Below are positions 19,587-29,312 of a DNA stretch of 64,000 nt, in pieces. The notes below the pieces were generated by a model. The model did not search any database. It had not been told where the DNA came from and saw nothing but the letters and a program-made list of their open reading frames with translations. The position numbers and the translations under genes are program-made. Numbering within the stretch: position 1 is the first letter of the stretch; every line of letters begins with the position of its first letter. Source of the DNA: a virus (Duplodnaviria; Caudoviricetes); the IMG/VR virus record IMGVR_UViG_3300047171_000080, positions 520 through 64,519 of that record, one strand, 5' to 3'.

Positions 19587-20441
19587 TTAGGGTCCTCCGG
19601 TGACGTCGGTAATGGGAACGGCGCCGTCGATGGACGTCGCGCTGGATACGGCAAGAATCTTTGTCGCGGGGGTCGTTTTGAGCACGCCGTACTCGACGGC
19701 GAGGATGATGTGATGCTCCCAGAGCGAGTACGACGACTGAGCCGAGTCGATGTGCCCGTCCATGAGCTGCTCGACTTCGAGCGGCGTGCCGTCGGAGAGA
19801 AAGAAGTAGCGGCTGTCTTCCGTGCCGATGGCTTCCGTGAGAATGTCGGCGAGATCGAAACGCTGCTGCGGGCTCGATGCCCACACGATGAGATCGAGGG
19901 AACGCGCAACGCGTTGAACTTCTCGCGCGACGGATCCGTTCGAAGCGCCGACGTTGCATTGCAGTTGCGGCGAACCGGTCACCGAAAGACCATCGCCGCT
20001 CGCCGTCGCAACAACGCCCGCGATCGCGAGCTCGTTGATCGCCGCGGCGGCGTTCGTCGCGATCGTCTCAAGCGTATCGGTCGCGCCGGGAGAGAGATAT
20101 GCCGCACGCACCGGCGTCCCGAAGAAAAGCAGGACGTTGATGCCCGCGCCGCTCGTGCCGGCGAACGTGATGACCCCGTCATCGACCGAAGCCGAGAGCG
20201 GACACGCCGGTTCTGGTAGATCAAAGGTGTCGTTCTTCGGATAGCGCGATACGTTGCGCGACGTTCCGCGGTCGGAGATTGAGACGATCGTCTGCTTCTG
20301 GTTGAGGATCTTCACGAGTTCGGTCGACGCGGGAAGACCGACGACTACTTGGTTCGGCGTCGCCCATCCGGCAGCATTGATCGCGTTATTCGCCGCGTTT
20401 TGAAGCGTCTCCATGACGTCTTGCAGTCGCGCGATGCTCAC
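19587..20441 (-). CDS. Tail terminator/completion protein
   Basis: Position; LIVWASSPQQRFDLAD. Confidence 0.55.
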   Translation of the reverse strand: MSIARLQDVMETLQNAANNAINAAGWATPNQVVVGLPASTELVKILNQKQTIVSISDRGTSRNVSRYPKNDTFDLPEPACPLSASVDDGVITFAGTSGAGINVLLFFGTPVRAAYLSPGATDTLETIATNAAAAINELAIAGVVATASGDGLSVTGSPQLQCNVGASNGSVAREVQRVARSLDLIVWASSPQQRFDLADILTEAIGTEDSRYFFLSDGTPLEVEQLMDGHIDSAQSSYSLWEHHIILAVEYGVLKTTPATKILAVSSATSIDGAVPITDVTGGP

Positions 20442-20794
20442 GACTTCAAGACCTCGTTGAGCGCTGCGAGAAACTGATGTTTGTTATACGGCTTCGATAC
20501 GAAGCGCACGCCGATCGCCGCGAGTTTTTGGATGACCGAGTCCATGCCGGCGGACGAAACGACGATCACGTGTCGCGCGGTTTTCTGCGCGACGATCATC
20601 TTCGCAGCCTCATCGCCGTTGAGGACTGGCATCGATACGTCGAGCACCGCGGCGTCGGGTTTGAATTTGCGACACGCTTCAACCGCAAGCGCGCCGTTTT
20701 CGACTGCGGCGACAACGGTATGGCCCGCGTTCGTGAGCACTTGGCGAAGAATGTCGCGCGGGAGCGATGAGTCGTCGGCGACTACAAACTTCAT
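20438..20794 (-). CDS. Single-domain response regulator (CheY-like receiver)
   Basis: VADD acidic pocket, LDVSMP phospho-Asp, SS and KP motifs. Confidence 0.9.
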   Translation of the reverse strand: MKFVVADDSSLPRDILRQVLTNAGHTVVAAVENGALAVEACRKFKPDAAVLDVSMPVLNGDEAAKMIVAQKTARHVIVVSSAGMDSVIQKLAAIGVRFVSKPYNKHQFLAALNEVLKS

Positions 20795-22827
20795 CGCACC
20801 GCCTCAATCGTGGCGAGGTAGATCGTCGGCAACGTCGTCGTTGCGGACGTTTTCACGGTGAACTCGATGATGTTCGCAACCGTCGTGTTCACCGTTGCGG
20901 CGACGGGCGCGGTGCCGCTCGGCGCAGTGCCGCCGTTCGTCGTCGCGATGCCCGTTGTGCCGTTGTTCGTTTGCGTCAGGAAACCGACCGCGGTACCAGT
21001 TGCGCCGATGCTCTTGATCGTCACGAGCACGGTGAAGCTAAATGCGATAGCCGTTCCGACCGCGCTCGTCGCGTCGGCGATCGAAACGACCGCCGCTCCC
21101 GTGAGCGATGCCGTTCCGATGCGACACGTCCACGTCGTCGTACCATTCGCAGTCGTGACGGTTGCCTGGCCGAAGACCGTGATTCGGTACGTCGAGCCGA
21201 CTTGCAGCGCGTACGCCGGAATATTCGCCGCGATGATTTGCGCTTCGGTCGTCGTCGCTGCTTGCGAAGTCGCCGTGAAGGATGCAAGGCCGCCGGCCAC
21301 GATCGCGCCCGGGTTGTCCTTGATGACTTTTTGGTACGTCACCGACGTCGAGCCGTCGACGATCGCGGCGCCGGTGTTGCCGACGAGGTTGACGCCCTGA
21401 ATCAGAATCGAGGCGTACGCACCCGCACCGAGGTTGATGCCCGTCGTGTTGCCGCTGTAGCCGCCGCACGTGCCAACGGTGCCGCTTTGGATTTGGATCG
21501 CGGTGACGCCGGAGAGCGGCGTGACGGCGATGCCCGTCGTCCAGCCCGCGACGCGGCAGTCGAGTAGCGTGACGTCGGCCGCACCCGAGATGAAGTTGAA
21601 GCCGTAGCTCGTGCCCGACGTGCCGAACGTGTTGAGCACGTTGCAGTTGACGAAATCGAGTCCCGCCGCGCCGCCTGCGTACGTCGTCGAGACTTCGACG
21701 GCTGCGAAGCCCGTAGCCGTCGACGCAAGCGTGAAGCTACAGGAGCTAAACTTCGTGCGTACGGTCGCGCCCGCGCCCGTGATCTTGATGCACGAGCCGC
21801 TCGCGTTGTCGAAGTACGTGTTCGTCGCGAATACCGACGAGACGACGTTGCCCGACGTCGGCGCGAGAAGCAGGTTGTTCGTCGAGCCGAGGATGTCGCA
21901 GTTGTCGAGCTGCAAAGCACCGGCTTCGATCGTGCAGATGCCGGCGGCCGCGACCTGCGACGTCGTACCGTAGATGCCCTGGATGACCGTGTTGATTGCG
22001 ACGAGGCTCGCGCCCGCGCTATTGAGATAGATGCCGTAGTGCGTGAAGCCGCCGAGTTGGCAATCCTCGACGATCGTCGAGTTCGCGGAATTCGCACCGA
22101 CATAGTCGATCGCGTCGTACCACGTCGCCGTCGCTGACTGGCCTTGGAACTGGCAGCGGTAGAAATTCGTGCCGACGTTATTGTTGACGTTGACCGCGGC
22201 GCCGGACGTCTGCGCGATCGCGGCCGAAAACGTGATGTCGCGATACTGCGAGTACCACTGGCCAGCGGTATGCGTGAAGAGGCCGCCGACGTTTGCGGTC
22301 TGCACGAGGATCGTGTAGCCGCCTGAGTAGTTTGTGCCCTGACCTTGGAAGACGAACTGGTCGCCGACCGTGATCAGCGCGTTAAACGAATACGTGCCGC
22401 CGGGAAAATAGATCGTTGATCCGGCTGGTGCCGCACCGCTGCCGCTGCCCGCCAAAAGCGCGGCGAGCGCGGTCGAGTTCATCGTCGCGGAATTGGTCGG
22501 CGAGACGCCATACTTTGTGACGTCGTACCAGCCGTTGAGCGGCCCCGAAAGCGCGCTGTTGGGGATCGACTTTGCCGTGATGTTCGCGCCCGAAATCGAC
22601 GGCGCCGTCGTTCCGGCGATGTTGTTTCCGGTCGCGTCCGCGAAGATGGCGACTTCGCCCGCCGTGACGGCGCCTTCGGTGACGACGGTTCCGGCGCCGG
22701 CAATGTGATTGGTCCCGGTGTCGTCAACCCATTCGAGGTTCAAGCCGTCGGGCGTCCAAACCGCGATGCCTGACGATGGCGCCGCAGGCGTCGCCGTCGA
22801 TGGCGCGATTTGGAGCGTTGCGGCCAC
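20791..22827 (-). CDS. Beta-helix tailspike/neck-appendage-like protein (pectate-lyase-like fold)
   Basis: WYDVTKYGV...TIYFPGGTY signature followed by PbH-like repeats. Confidence 0.7.
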   Translation of the reverse strand: MAATLQIAPSTATPAAPSSGIAVWTPDGLNLEWVDDTGTNHIAGAGTVVTEGAVTAGEVAIFADATGNNIAGTTAPSISGANITAKSIPNSALSGPLNGWYDVTKYGVSPTNSATMNSTALAALLAGSGSGAAPAGSTIYFPGGTYSFNALITVGDQFVFQGQGTNYSGGYTILVQTANVGGLFTHTAGQWYSQYRDITFSAAIAQTSGAAVNVNNNVGTNFYRCQFQGQSATATWYDAIDYVGANSANSTIVEDCQLGGFTHYGIYLNSAGASLVAINTVIQGIYGTTSQVAAAGICTIEAGALQLDNCDILGSTNNLLLAPTSGNVVSSVFATNTYFDNASGSCIKITGAGATVRTKFSSCSFTLASTATGFAAVEVSTTYAGGAAGLDFVNCNVLNTFGTSGTSYGFNFISGAADVTLLDCRVAGWTTGIAVTPLSGVTAIQIQSGTVGTCGGYSGNTTGINLGAGAYASILIQGVNLVGNTGAAIVDGSTSVTYQKVIKDNPGAIVAGGLASFTATSQAATTTEAQIIAANIPAYALQVGSTYRITVFGQATVTTANGTTTWTCRIGTASLTGAAVVSIADATSAVGTAIAFSFTVLVTIKSIGATGTAVGFLTQTNNGTTGIATTNGGTAPSGTAPVAATVNTTVANIIEFTVKTSATTTLPTIYLATIEAVR

Positions 22828-23058
22828 CTAGACGACCCTCAAGTTTCCGGCGACGACGATCGTCCCCTCAATGGTGATAGGCCCCGTCGCGACCTGTTGC
22901 GTGCCCGCCGCGACGGTGTACGTCGAACCCGACGCAACGTCGGACGGTAAGCTCGACGAGCCCGACGTTGGCAGAATCGACGAGTCGATCGTGTCGGGCG
23001 ACGTGATCGTCATACGACGACCGCTCGCGTCGAGGTAGAGCGGCTTGCGCGAGGCCAC
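22828..23058 (-). CDS. Small virion accessory protein
   Basis: TYTVAAG..V.TGPITIEGT beta motif; tight coupling to neighbours. Confidence 0.55.
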   Translation of the reverse strand: MASRKPLYLDASGRRMTITSPDTIDSSILPTSGSSSLPSDVASGSTYTVAAGTQQVATGPITIEGTIVVAGNLRVV

Positions 23059-23061
23059 GCG

Positions 23062-23583
23062 CTACGCCGTTATGTCGCCTTCGTTATACGTGAAATTGAA
23101 CGCCGTCGCCGACGTCGCGATACCGACACGCTGCACAAGATAGCCCGCCGTGAGCGCCGGCGTTGCGACCGCCGCGCCGACGGTCCCGAGATAGACGGGC
23201 GCGCCAACGGTGAGGCCGGTGAGACCCGACACGTTGCCGTTGAAGTACACGGTCAACGTCGTGCCGCTCGAGCCACCAACGAGCACGAATCCGTTCGCTT
23301 CTTTCGCGGCGCTCGCAGCCGATGCGTCGGCATTGCGAACGTTCAGCGTGCCAGCGTTCGAGTAGACGTTTACGAGCGCGCCGCTCGCAATCGTTTCCGA
23401 TGCGAGAACGGAAAGCGTATCGGGACCGATGCCCGTAGGCAACATCGTGTTATCGAGTTGACCTGCTGCATTGAGCGCAATGATCGAACCCGCACTCCCA
23501 GCGCCGGCCGACGCCTGGAGCGCGCGAACTTGTGTGCGTCGGCCCGTCGTCGGGTCAAGCGTAAGATATGCGTTACCGGCCAT
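23062..23583 (-). CDS. Decoration/DUF2190-like virion protein
   Basis: ASETIASGALV, GLTGLTVGAPVYL, QRVGIA. Confidence 0.6.
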   Translation of the reverse strand: MAGNAYLTLDPTTGRRTQVRALQASAGAGSAGSIIALNAAGQLDNTMLPTGIGPDTLSVLASETIASGALVNVYSNAGTLNVRNADASAASAAKEANGFVLVGGSSGTTLTVYFNGNVSGLTGLTVGAPVYLGTVGAAVATPALTAGYLVQRVGIATSATAFNFTYNEGDITA

Positions 23584-23595
23584 TTGACGATCTCC

Positions 23596-24258
23596 CTAAG
23601 CGAGCACGATAGAGGGCTGCGGATCCCAAAAGATCATCGTCGGAGTCTCAGCGACGCCAACTTGCAGCAAGAAAACAGCATTGGGAAGTGCGGGAACGCT
23701 TTGCGTAAGCGTGCCGTTTAAGCCGAGGAAGATTGGCGCGCCTGGCGTCCAGTTCCAGAAACTCGCGCTCACCGGTCCGTACGTGATGAGGCTGATTTCC
23801 GAGCCCGCGATACCAGCGGAGACCGTGATAAACGCCGCGGCTTCGGAGAGTGCGAGGTTCGTCGGATCGTCGTAGATGAGCGTGCCATCGGCTTGCGAGA
23901 TGACGATGCGTTCGCCGGAGATATCGATCGCCGCGATCGCGGTGAGTGTCGAAGACGCCGCAGGCCCTGGCGGACCTTGCGCGCCAGGGTCGCCTTTGGG
24001 GCCCTGGATCGCGGCTTGCGTGATCGGCACGGGCGTTACTCCGGGAATCTCGACATCGACGTCGCTCGTCGGCACGATCGCGACGGTGTTCTTGGCGGCT
24101 GGCGCGATCGCGATCGATCGCGCGGAGCTCGCGCTGCGCGAAACGGAGACCCCGCGCGATCCGCTGCGGTTGATCGTCGTCGACACGCGCGGCGCAGCGA
24201 CCACGGTCGCGGACGGTGTGGGCGCAACGGTGACGACGACGTCGACGTCATCGCTCAC
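23596..24258 (-). CDS. Collagen-linked decoration-like virion protein
   Basis: QGPKGDPGAQGPPG followed by WNWTPGAPIFLGLNG. Confidence 0.6.
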   Translation of the reverse strand: MSDDVDVVVTVAPTPSATVVAAPRVSTTINRSGSRGVSVSRSASSARSIAIAPAAKNTVAIVPTSDVDVEIPGVTPVPITQAAIQGPKGDPGAQGPPGPAASSTLTAIAAIDISGERIVISQADGTLIYDDPTNLALSEAAAFITVSAGIAGSEISLITYGPVSASFWNWTPGAPIFLGLNGTLTQSVPALPNAVFLLQVGVAETPTMIFWDPQPSIVLA

Positions 24259-24680
24259 GAATGCGTGACGCTCGCAGTGATCACGAAGTCGCCGTAGCAG
24301 ATGCGTTCGGAATCGCCGCTCGGATACGTGACGTAGAGATCGTACACGTATGTATTTTCCGGCGGCGTTTCGGAACCGACGGCCGCGGCAGTCTGCGCCA
24401 GCGGCACGTAGATGCTCTGCGTTGCGCTTGCGGCGAGGAAGAGATCGATCGTCCCGGCCGTACCGCCGAGCACGATGCTCGCGGTCGCCGTTGGCGTCGA
24501 CGAGAGCGTGGCGACTGGCGTCGGCGAATTGTAGGCCGTGCGGATCATCATGAGCGCCGAGCAGCCCGTGAGATCTTGAGCAACCGGCGGATCGCCGCTT
24601 ACGAGCGTTAGCTGTTGCCGAAACGTAGAGCCCTGCTCGGCCGCCGTATCGCCCGTGAAATCGAGCCGTTGCGCAGCCAT
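24255..24680 (-). CDS. Ig-like virion adaptor protein
   Basis: EQGSTF...DLTG.SA.MMIR...YVYDL...G motif common in phage structural modules. Confidence 0.6.
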   Translation of the reverse strand: MAAQRLDFTGDTAAEQGSTFRQQLTLVSGDPPVAQDLTGCSALMMIRTAYNSPTPVATLSSTPTATASIVLGGTAGTIDLFLAASATQSIYVPLAQTAAAVGSETPPENTYVYDLYVTYPSGDSERICYGDFVITASVTHS

Positions 24681-24689
24681 CGGGCCTCC

Positions 24690-25466
24690 CTAGTTTGAAA
24701 GCTTTTCCGCGATGACGATGTTGCCGCTCACACCCGTGAGGTCGCTCGAGAAGATCGACGCGCACTCGTAGCGATCGGAGTTCGGAAAGTTGATGCGGTC
24801 GAGTTCGACGAGCTGCTCACCCGGAATGAGCGGCACGTAGATCAAGAAGCGCTCGCGGTAGAGCACGGTCGGGATCTTGGGATCGCGCGCGTCGCTAACT
24901 TTGTTCAGCTGCTGCAATCCGACGTAAAGCGATGCGGGCGTCGTGCCCGACGATTCGAACGAGTAGAGCCCGTTCGAAAGCGTGAGCACTTCCTCGGTCG
25001 CTTTCGTGAAGCCGGAATAGCCGGGAGTCGCGGCCGATCCGCTCAACGGTTGTTGCGACGCGGCGCCAGCACCGGGGAACGGCCGCGAGATGAACACGTT
25101 CTCGTCCGTGCGGATCCATAGCGTATCGCGCGTCGGTCTTTTCTGCACGACGGTGAAGACGCTGCCGTCGTTTCCGTAGCCCGTTTGCGTACAGACGTCC
25201 TGAAGTTGCAGCGATTCGTTGTTGCACAGCGCCGTGTAGACCAAAAGATCGAAGGTCTGGTTCTCGATCTTCGCGCGCGACGTCGTGCGCGCGACACGCG
25301 CCTGTAAGCCGGAGATGACCGGCGTGTTGGCCGAGATCGAGTTATTCGTCGTCGACGACAGACGGCGCACGTCGTACGTCTGTCCGAGCACCGAAGCCGC
25401 GGCGCCGCGGCCTTGCTGGATCGCGTAGTCGATCTGCGCGATATCGGTCGGTCCGAAGAACGACAC
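24690..25466 (-). CDS. Head closure/neck protein (putative)
   Basis: Position and size in the head-tail joining block. Confidence 0.45.
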   Translation of the reverse strand: MSFFGPTDIAQIDYAIQQGRGAAASVLGQTYDVRRLSSTTNNSISANTPVISGLQARVARTTSRAKIENQTFDLLVYTALCNNESLQLQDVCTQTGYGNDGSVFTVVQKRPTRDTLWIRTDENVFISRPFPGAGAASQQPLSGSAATPGYSGFTKATEEVLTLSNGLYSFESSGTTPASLYVGLQQLNKVSDARDPKIPTVLYRERFLIYVPLIPGEQLVELDRINFPNSDRYECASIFSSDLTGVSGNIVIAEKLSN

Positions 25467-25475
25467 GGCGCCTCC

Positions 25476-25685
25476 CTACGGCTCTTTAAGTAGCCGATCG
25501 CAAACGGAGTCGATGATCTCGTCTGCAGTCACAACCATCGCGGTGCCCAGCCGTCGCGCTGCCTCGGGCTGAAGCTGCCAGCACACGAGATGCTCACCAT
25601 CTTCTTCGACTGAGATCTGCACGAGTGGCGAGTTTTCGACGCGCGTGATATTGAACTCGACGTTCGCCTTTCGCATCTCGCTCAT
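25476..25685 (-). CDS. Hypothetical protein
   Basis: ORF with coding-like composition. Confidence 0.5.
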   Translation of the reverse strand: MSEMRKANVEFNITRVENSPLVQISVEEDGEHLVCWQLQPEAARRLGTAMVVTADEIIDSVCDRLLKEP

Positions 25686-25909
25686 GAAGTTGCGCGATAG
25701 ATCACGCTGTAATACGCGCGCGACACGACCACGAAGAACGTGTTGCGCTTGTCGTACACGCCGCGAACATAGATGGCAACGGCGCGGCGCTGCGGATGCG
25801 TTTGACGACGGCGATTATCCGAATGCATCGGCACGAGAGCGTGTCGTGCATTCGGATGCAACGATTGCCGCCGCGTTGCCGACGAACCGGATGCGGTCGA
25901 TCGCCCGCG

Positions 25910-26257
25910 TCATCTTGAGCAAACATCAACTCTCTCCGGTTCATCGATCACGCGCACGTGCTCGCGATATTGCGATGCAATACGTTTGAGTGCGAGCGTT
26001 GCTGTCGCCACGATCGCGTGGACATGCGCGTCATCGCGACCAAACGTCGGCAACGCGATCTCGAGCAAACCCGGCGCGTCCGTGACATCGACGTTGATCT
26101 TCGCGACCTCTTCGAGTCCGAGCCACATCGATTGAAGAACCGTCGAGACGGCTGCGCAGACGACATCGTTTCCGTGCTGCGCCCAGCCGGCGTGCCCCGC
26201 GGCAGCGATCGATGCGATGCGCCCCGCGCCATCTCGTCGGACGCAGACCTCAATCAT
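25910..26257 (-). CDS. prp: Ribosomal-processing cysteine protease Prp family (YsxB-like)
   Basis: GHAG...G.DVVCAAVS catalytic His/Cys motif; C-terminal IASQY. Confidence 0.9.
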   Translation of the reverse strand: MIEVCVRRDGAGRIASIAAAGHAGWAQHGNDVVCAAVSTVLQSMWLGLEEVAKINVDVTDAPGLLEIALPTFGRDDAHVHAIVATATLALKRIASQYREHVRVIDEPERVDVCSR

Positions 26258-26476
26258 CTACCGCCCGGGCTTGCGATCGACGACCTTCGGCGCGCCGCCC
26301 TTTTCCCAGTCGTACTGGATGTCTTTGCCTTTGACGCGGATCTGCGCTGCGACAAGATCGGCTTTCGCGCTCGCGGTTGCGGCAACGGATTGCGCGGCGA
26401 GCAGCTTCTTCGTTAGTGCCGCGTTACTTTCGGTTTTGCCCTTGGGCGCGGCGGCTTTGCTGTTGAGCTTTGCCAT
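26258..26476 (-). CDS. Small basic protein
   Basis: Lys/Ala-rich ORF with AGGAG SD. Confidence 0.5.
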   Translation of the reverse strand: MAKLNSKAAAPKGKTESNAALTKKLLAAQSVAATASAKADLVAAQIRVKGKDIQYDWEKGGAPKVVDRKPGR

Positions 26477-26744
26477 TGTGCGGCTCCTTTGTCTCAAGCG
26501 GAAGCGTCGGCTCCGGAAGTTCTTGCGGCTGCGCGATACCGGTTACGGTCGCAGCGCGAACGCTTGAATAGGCGATCGCATTACTCACGCGCAGCTGGCG
26601 TGCGATCTCGGCCAAGAGTTCGACCGCAGCGATCGCGACCGTCATGCCGAGCGCCGCGACGGACATCGGCGTCTCGATCGACATGAGCTGCTGCCGCGCG
26701 TTTTTGGCGCTAGCGACTTGCTGATCGATCTCTTCGTTACGCAA
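26424..26744 (-). CDS. Hypothetical protein
   Basis: TTG start overlapping the upstream stop. Confidence 0.4.
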   Translation of the reverse strand: MRNEEIDQQVASAKNARQQLMSIETPMSVAALGMTVAIAAVELLAEIARQLRVSNAIAYSSVRAATVTGIAQPQELPEPTLPLETKEPHNGKAQQQSRRAQGQNRK

Positions 26745-27567
26745 CGGCCCCGCCTCCGCCGCCCTTACCGCCGATGGAACGCACGTAGTTCTCGCCGCCG
26801 AGAGCTTCTTCAAGCTGCTCGCAATAGAGTTTGTATTGTGCGTAGCGCGCGCGCACTTCGTCCGGACGAAACGTCGTGACGTCCGCTTTTTGAAACTGGA
26901 GCGAAAGATTCGCCGATGCCATCTGATTTGCGAGATAATCGCAAAAGGCGATAAGCCCGTAGAGCGTCTGCGATCCGGCAGCTGAGTTGATCGTAATCTG
27001 CACCGGGCAGACCGTGCCGGAGTTCACGACGACGATGTTGGTCGTGCCGACGACCGACGCCGCGATCGTAAACGGCTCGACCGACGAGCTCGCGATCTGC
27101 AGCTCGGAATAGTACGGCGAAAGATACTGCGGTGAAAAGAGATCCGCCGGCATGACGCCGACGCCCGCGTAGCCGAACTGTCCGGCTGCGTTGTTCACCG
27201 CGAGCGCCGAGTTGAGTGCGATCGCGTAAAGCGGCGACGATTCCGATGGATTGACCTGATTTGCCGGAAGCGCGAAGTCCGACTCTTGCACGGTATAGGT
27301 TGCCGTGACGAGATTGCCGCTCGCGGGCGTGATCATGTACGTGAGCACGTCGCCCACGGCCGGGCGACCAGCGAGGCGAAACGACGACAGCGCGTTACCG
27401 GTGAGCAGCTGCTCTTCGCTCGGCGCCATGTTGTTGAGCCGATACTCGAGATCTTCGCGGTACCACGTGAAGCGCCAGCCGAAGAGTCGGCCAGCTTGCG
27501 CGGTGCCGGCGAACGGTACGCCGAGGTGACGTCGGACCGCGACTTTTTGGGTCTCCGTAAGGCTCAC
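26737..27567 (-). CDS. Head-tail adaptor (putative)
   Basis: LTETQKVAVRRHLG N-terminus; first gene after the capsid gene. Confidence 0.6.
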   Translation of the reverse strand: MSLTETQKVAVRRHLGVPFAGTAQAGRLFGWRFTWYREDLEYRLNNMAPSEEQLLTGNALSSFRLAGRPAVGDVLTYMITPASGNLVTATYTVQESDFALPANQVNPSESSPLYAIALNSALAVNNAAGQFGYAGVGVMPADLFSPQYLSPYYSELQIASSSVEPFTIAASVVGTTNIVVVNSGTVCPVQITINSAAGSQTLYGLIAFCDYLANQMASANLSLQFQKADVTTFRPDEVRARYAQYKLYCEQLEEALGGENYVRSIGGKGGGGGAVA

Positions 27568-27603
27568 GCGCTTGCCTCCGACCCGTTATGCAGATGTGTA
27601 AGA

Positions 27604-27641
27604 GACCGAGAGCCGGACGCCGGAGCATCCGACCCTCGGTC
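27604..27641 (-). terminator. 17-bp hairpin after the capsid gene (terminator or mRNA stabiliser)
   Basis: GACCGAGGGTCGGATGC TCCG GCGTCCGGCTCTCGGTC. Confidence 0.55.
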
Positions 27642-27652
27642 GAGGCGATCGC

Positions 27653-29176
27653 CTAGTACGGCGAAGCGGCTTGGAGGATCACGCCGCGCTTGTAGCGCTG
27701 CCAATCCGAGGACAGCACGATCGGCGGCTGCGACGCTTTGTCGGTGCGGGGCACGAAGTCGCCGACGTAGTCGTAGGCGCACTTGATGACCTGGCCGAGC
27801 GTGTCGATCGCGGCGAGCGAGCGGAACTTGATCCGATTCACCCACCGTTCGTCTGCGACGTCGCCGACGCGCGCAACGATGTTCGCCGCGTCTTTGGCGC
27901 CGCGGAACGGATGCTCCGCGATCACGTCTTTGCCGAAGACGAACGCGTGCCGCAGCGCGAACCCGCCTGCGGGAGCGTTGTACGCCGGAAGCTGCGTCGC
28001 TTCCGTGAACTCGATGCCCCAGCCGGCGGCGATGACGCCGTCCTTGAAGTAGCGGCCGCGATCCCAGTTGGTCGCCGTCGCACGCTGAAAGCCCTGATCG
28101 CCGTAGAACGACGCGAGCAACGTCGAGTCGATCGCGCAGCCGTACAGGCCGTTGGGCAGCTTCGGAATACCGCGCCGCTTGAGGATCGACACGGCGTACG
28201 GCAGCATGACCGACGGATTCATCACGTTGGTGATCGCCATTGCTTCCGCCGTGGTGATCATCACGTTGTTCGCGTTGGTCGGACGGACGACGTACGAACC
28301 GTCTTTCTTACGCGGATCGAGCGGCGCGCCCACCGCGAGGCTTGCGAACTGCCCTGCGTCGATCGCGACCATGCGATCGCCGATGTTCAGCGGGCCGATT
28401 GCAGCGTCGAGCGATGCGATACCGCTCGTTCCGAAGGTTTGCGAACCCGTCTGCATATACGACCCGTTCGTGGCGTCCGGCGTGCCGGCGACCACGTTGG
28501 CCAGATCCTTGATCAGCCCCGTCGCCGCGTCGATGAATGCCACCGGCATTTTGTTCGTCGACGATACCGCCGTCGGTGCTGGATACGACGGCAGCGCCGT
28601 CGTGGAGAACTGCGTCAGAAACCCGCTGAGGTTGTCGACTTCGATCGATGCGCTCGTACCGGCCACGGCCGTCTTGACGAACGTATCGCCCGAGTCATAC
28701 GCCTGAAACGCGCGGTTGACGGTGATGAGCTCGAGCGAGTTGCCCGACTTCTGCGCCAGCTTCTCCATGTTATCGATGTAGAGGTCGGCGATGAACGCTT
28801 CTTGCCCGAGAATGTTCGTCGGGATGAAGCCGGGCCATTCGTTGAGCGTTGCGACCCACTGTTCGAACGCACGGACGTCGGCCGTCATGCCGTTGTCGAG
28901 GCCCGTGTTGTTCGCGGGATTGAGCGGCGTCGTGTTCGGCGTGATCAGCGCGGACGACGTGAACGTCTTGGTTTCGCCGATGCGCGCATCGAACCAATCT
29001 TCGGCCTTGATGTCGCGCGGTCGCAGAACGAGCGTCGGCTCGAGCGAGTCGCGAAGCAGTCGCTCGAGGAACCCGAGCTGCTCGATGACCTGTTGGACAT
29101 TGGGCGGGAAGCCGTTCCCGCCGTTGCCGTTGATGGCGAACTGCTGGATATCGAAATAGAAGGGCTTCTTGCCCAT
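27653..29176 (-). CDS. Major capsid protein
   Basis: Position after scaffold, strong AAGGAG SD, RIGETKTF motif, Prp-type N-terminal motif. Confidence 0.85.
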   Translation of the reverse strand: MGKKPFYFDIQQFAINGNGGNGFPPNVQQVIEQLGFLERLLRDSLEPTLVLRPRDIKAEDWFDARIGETKTFTSSALITPNTTPLNPANNTGLDNGMTADVRAFEQWVATLNEWPGFIPTNILGQEAFIADLYIDNMEKLAQKSGNSLELITVNRAFQAYDSGDTFVKTAVAGTSASIEVDNLSGFLTQFSTTALPSYPAPTAVSSTNKMPVAFIDAATGLIKDLANVVAGTPDATNGSYMQTGSQTFGTSGIASLDAAIGPLNIGDRMVAIDAGQFASLAVGAPLDPRKKDGSYVVRPTNANNVMITTAEAMAITNVMNPSVMLPYAVSILKRRGIPKLPNGLYGCAIDSTLLASFYGDQGFQRATATNWDRGRYFKDGVIAAGWGIEFTEATQLPAYNAPAGGFALRHAFVFGKDVIAEHPFRGAKDAANIVARVGDVADERWVNRIKFRSLAAIDTLGQVIKCAYDYVGDFVPRTDKASQPPIVLSSDWQRYKRGVILQAASPY

Positions 29177-29312
29177 GCGTTTCTCCTTAACGAGTGAAGT
29201 AAGTAAGAATGTGGCTTCCGCTCATCCAAGCGGGGCCGCAACCGACTCACCGCATCCGCAGGCGCATCGGGAGATCACGAGCGCGCGCGGGCGCTCGCAG
29301 GTTAGTGGACGC

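Noticed and set aside
27671-29197. Long plus-strand ORFs antisense to capsid, tape measure and others (also 15532-16950, 54797-56251)
   Set aside because: Arg-rich shadow frames expected from high-GC codon bias; the opposite strand has recognisable genes
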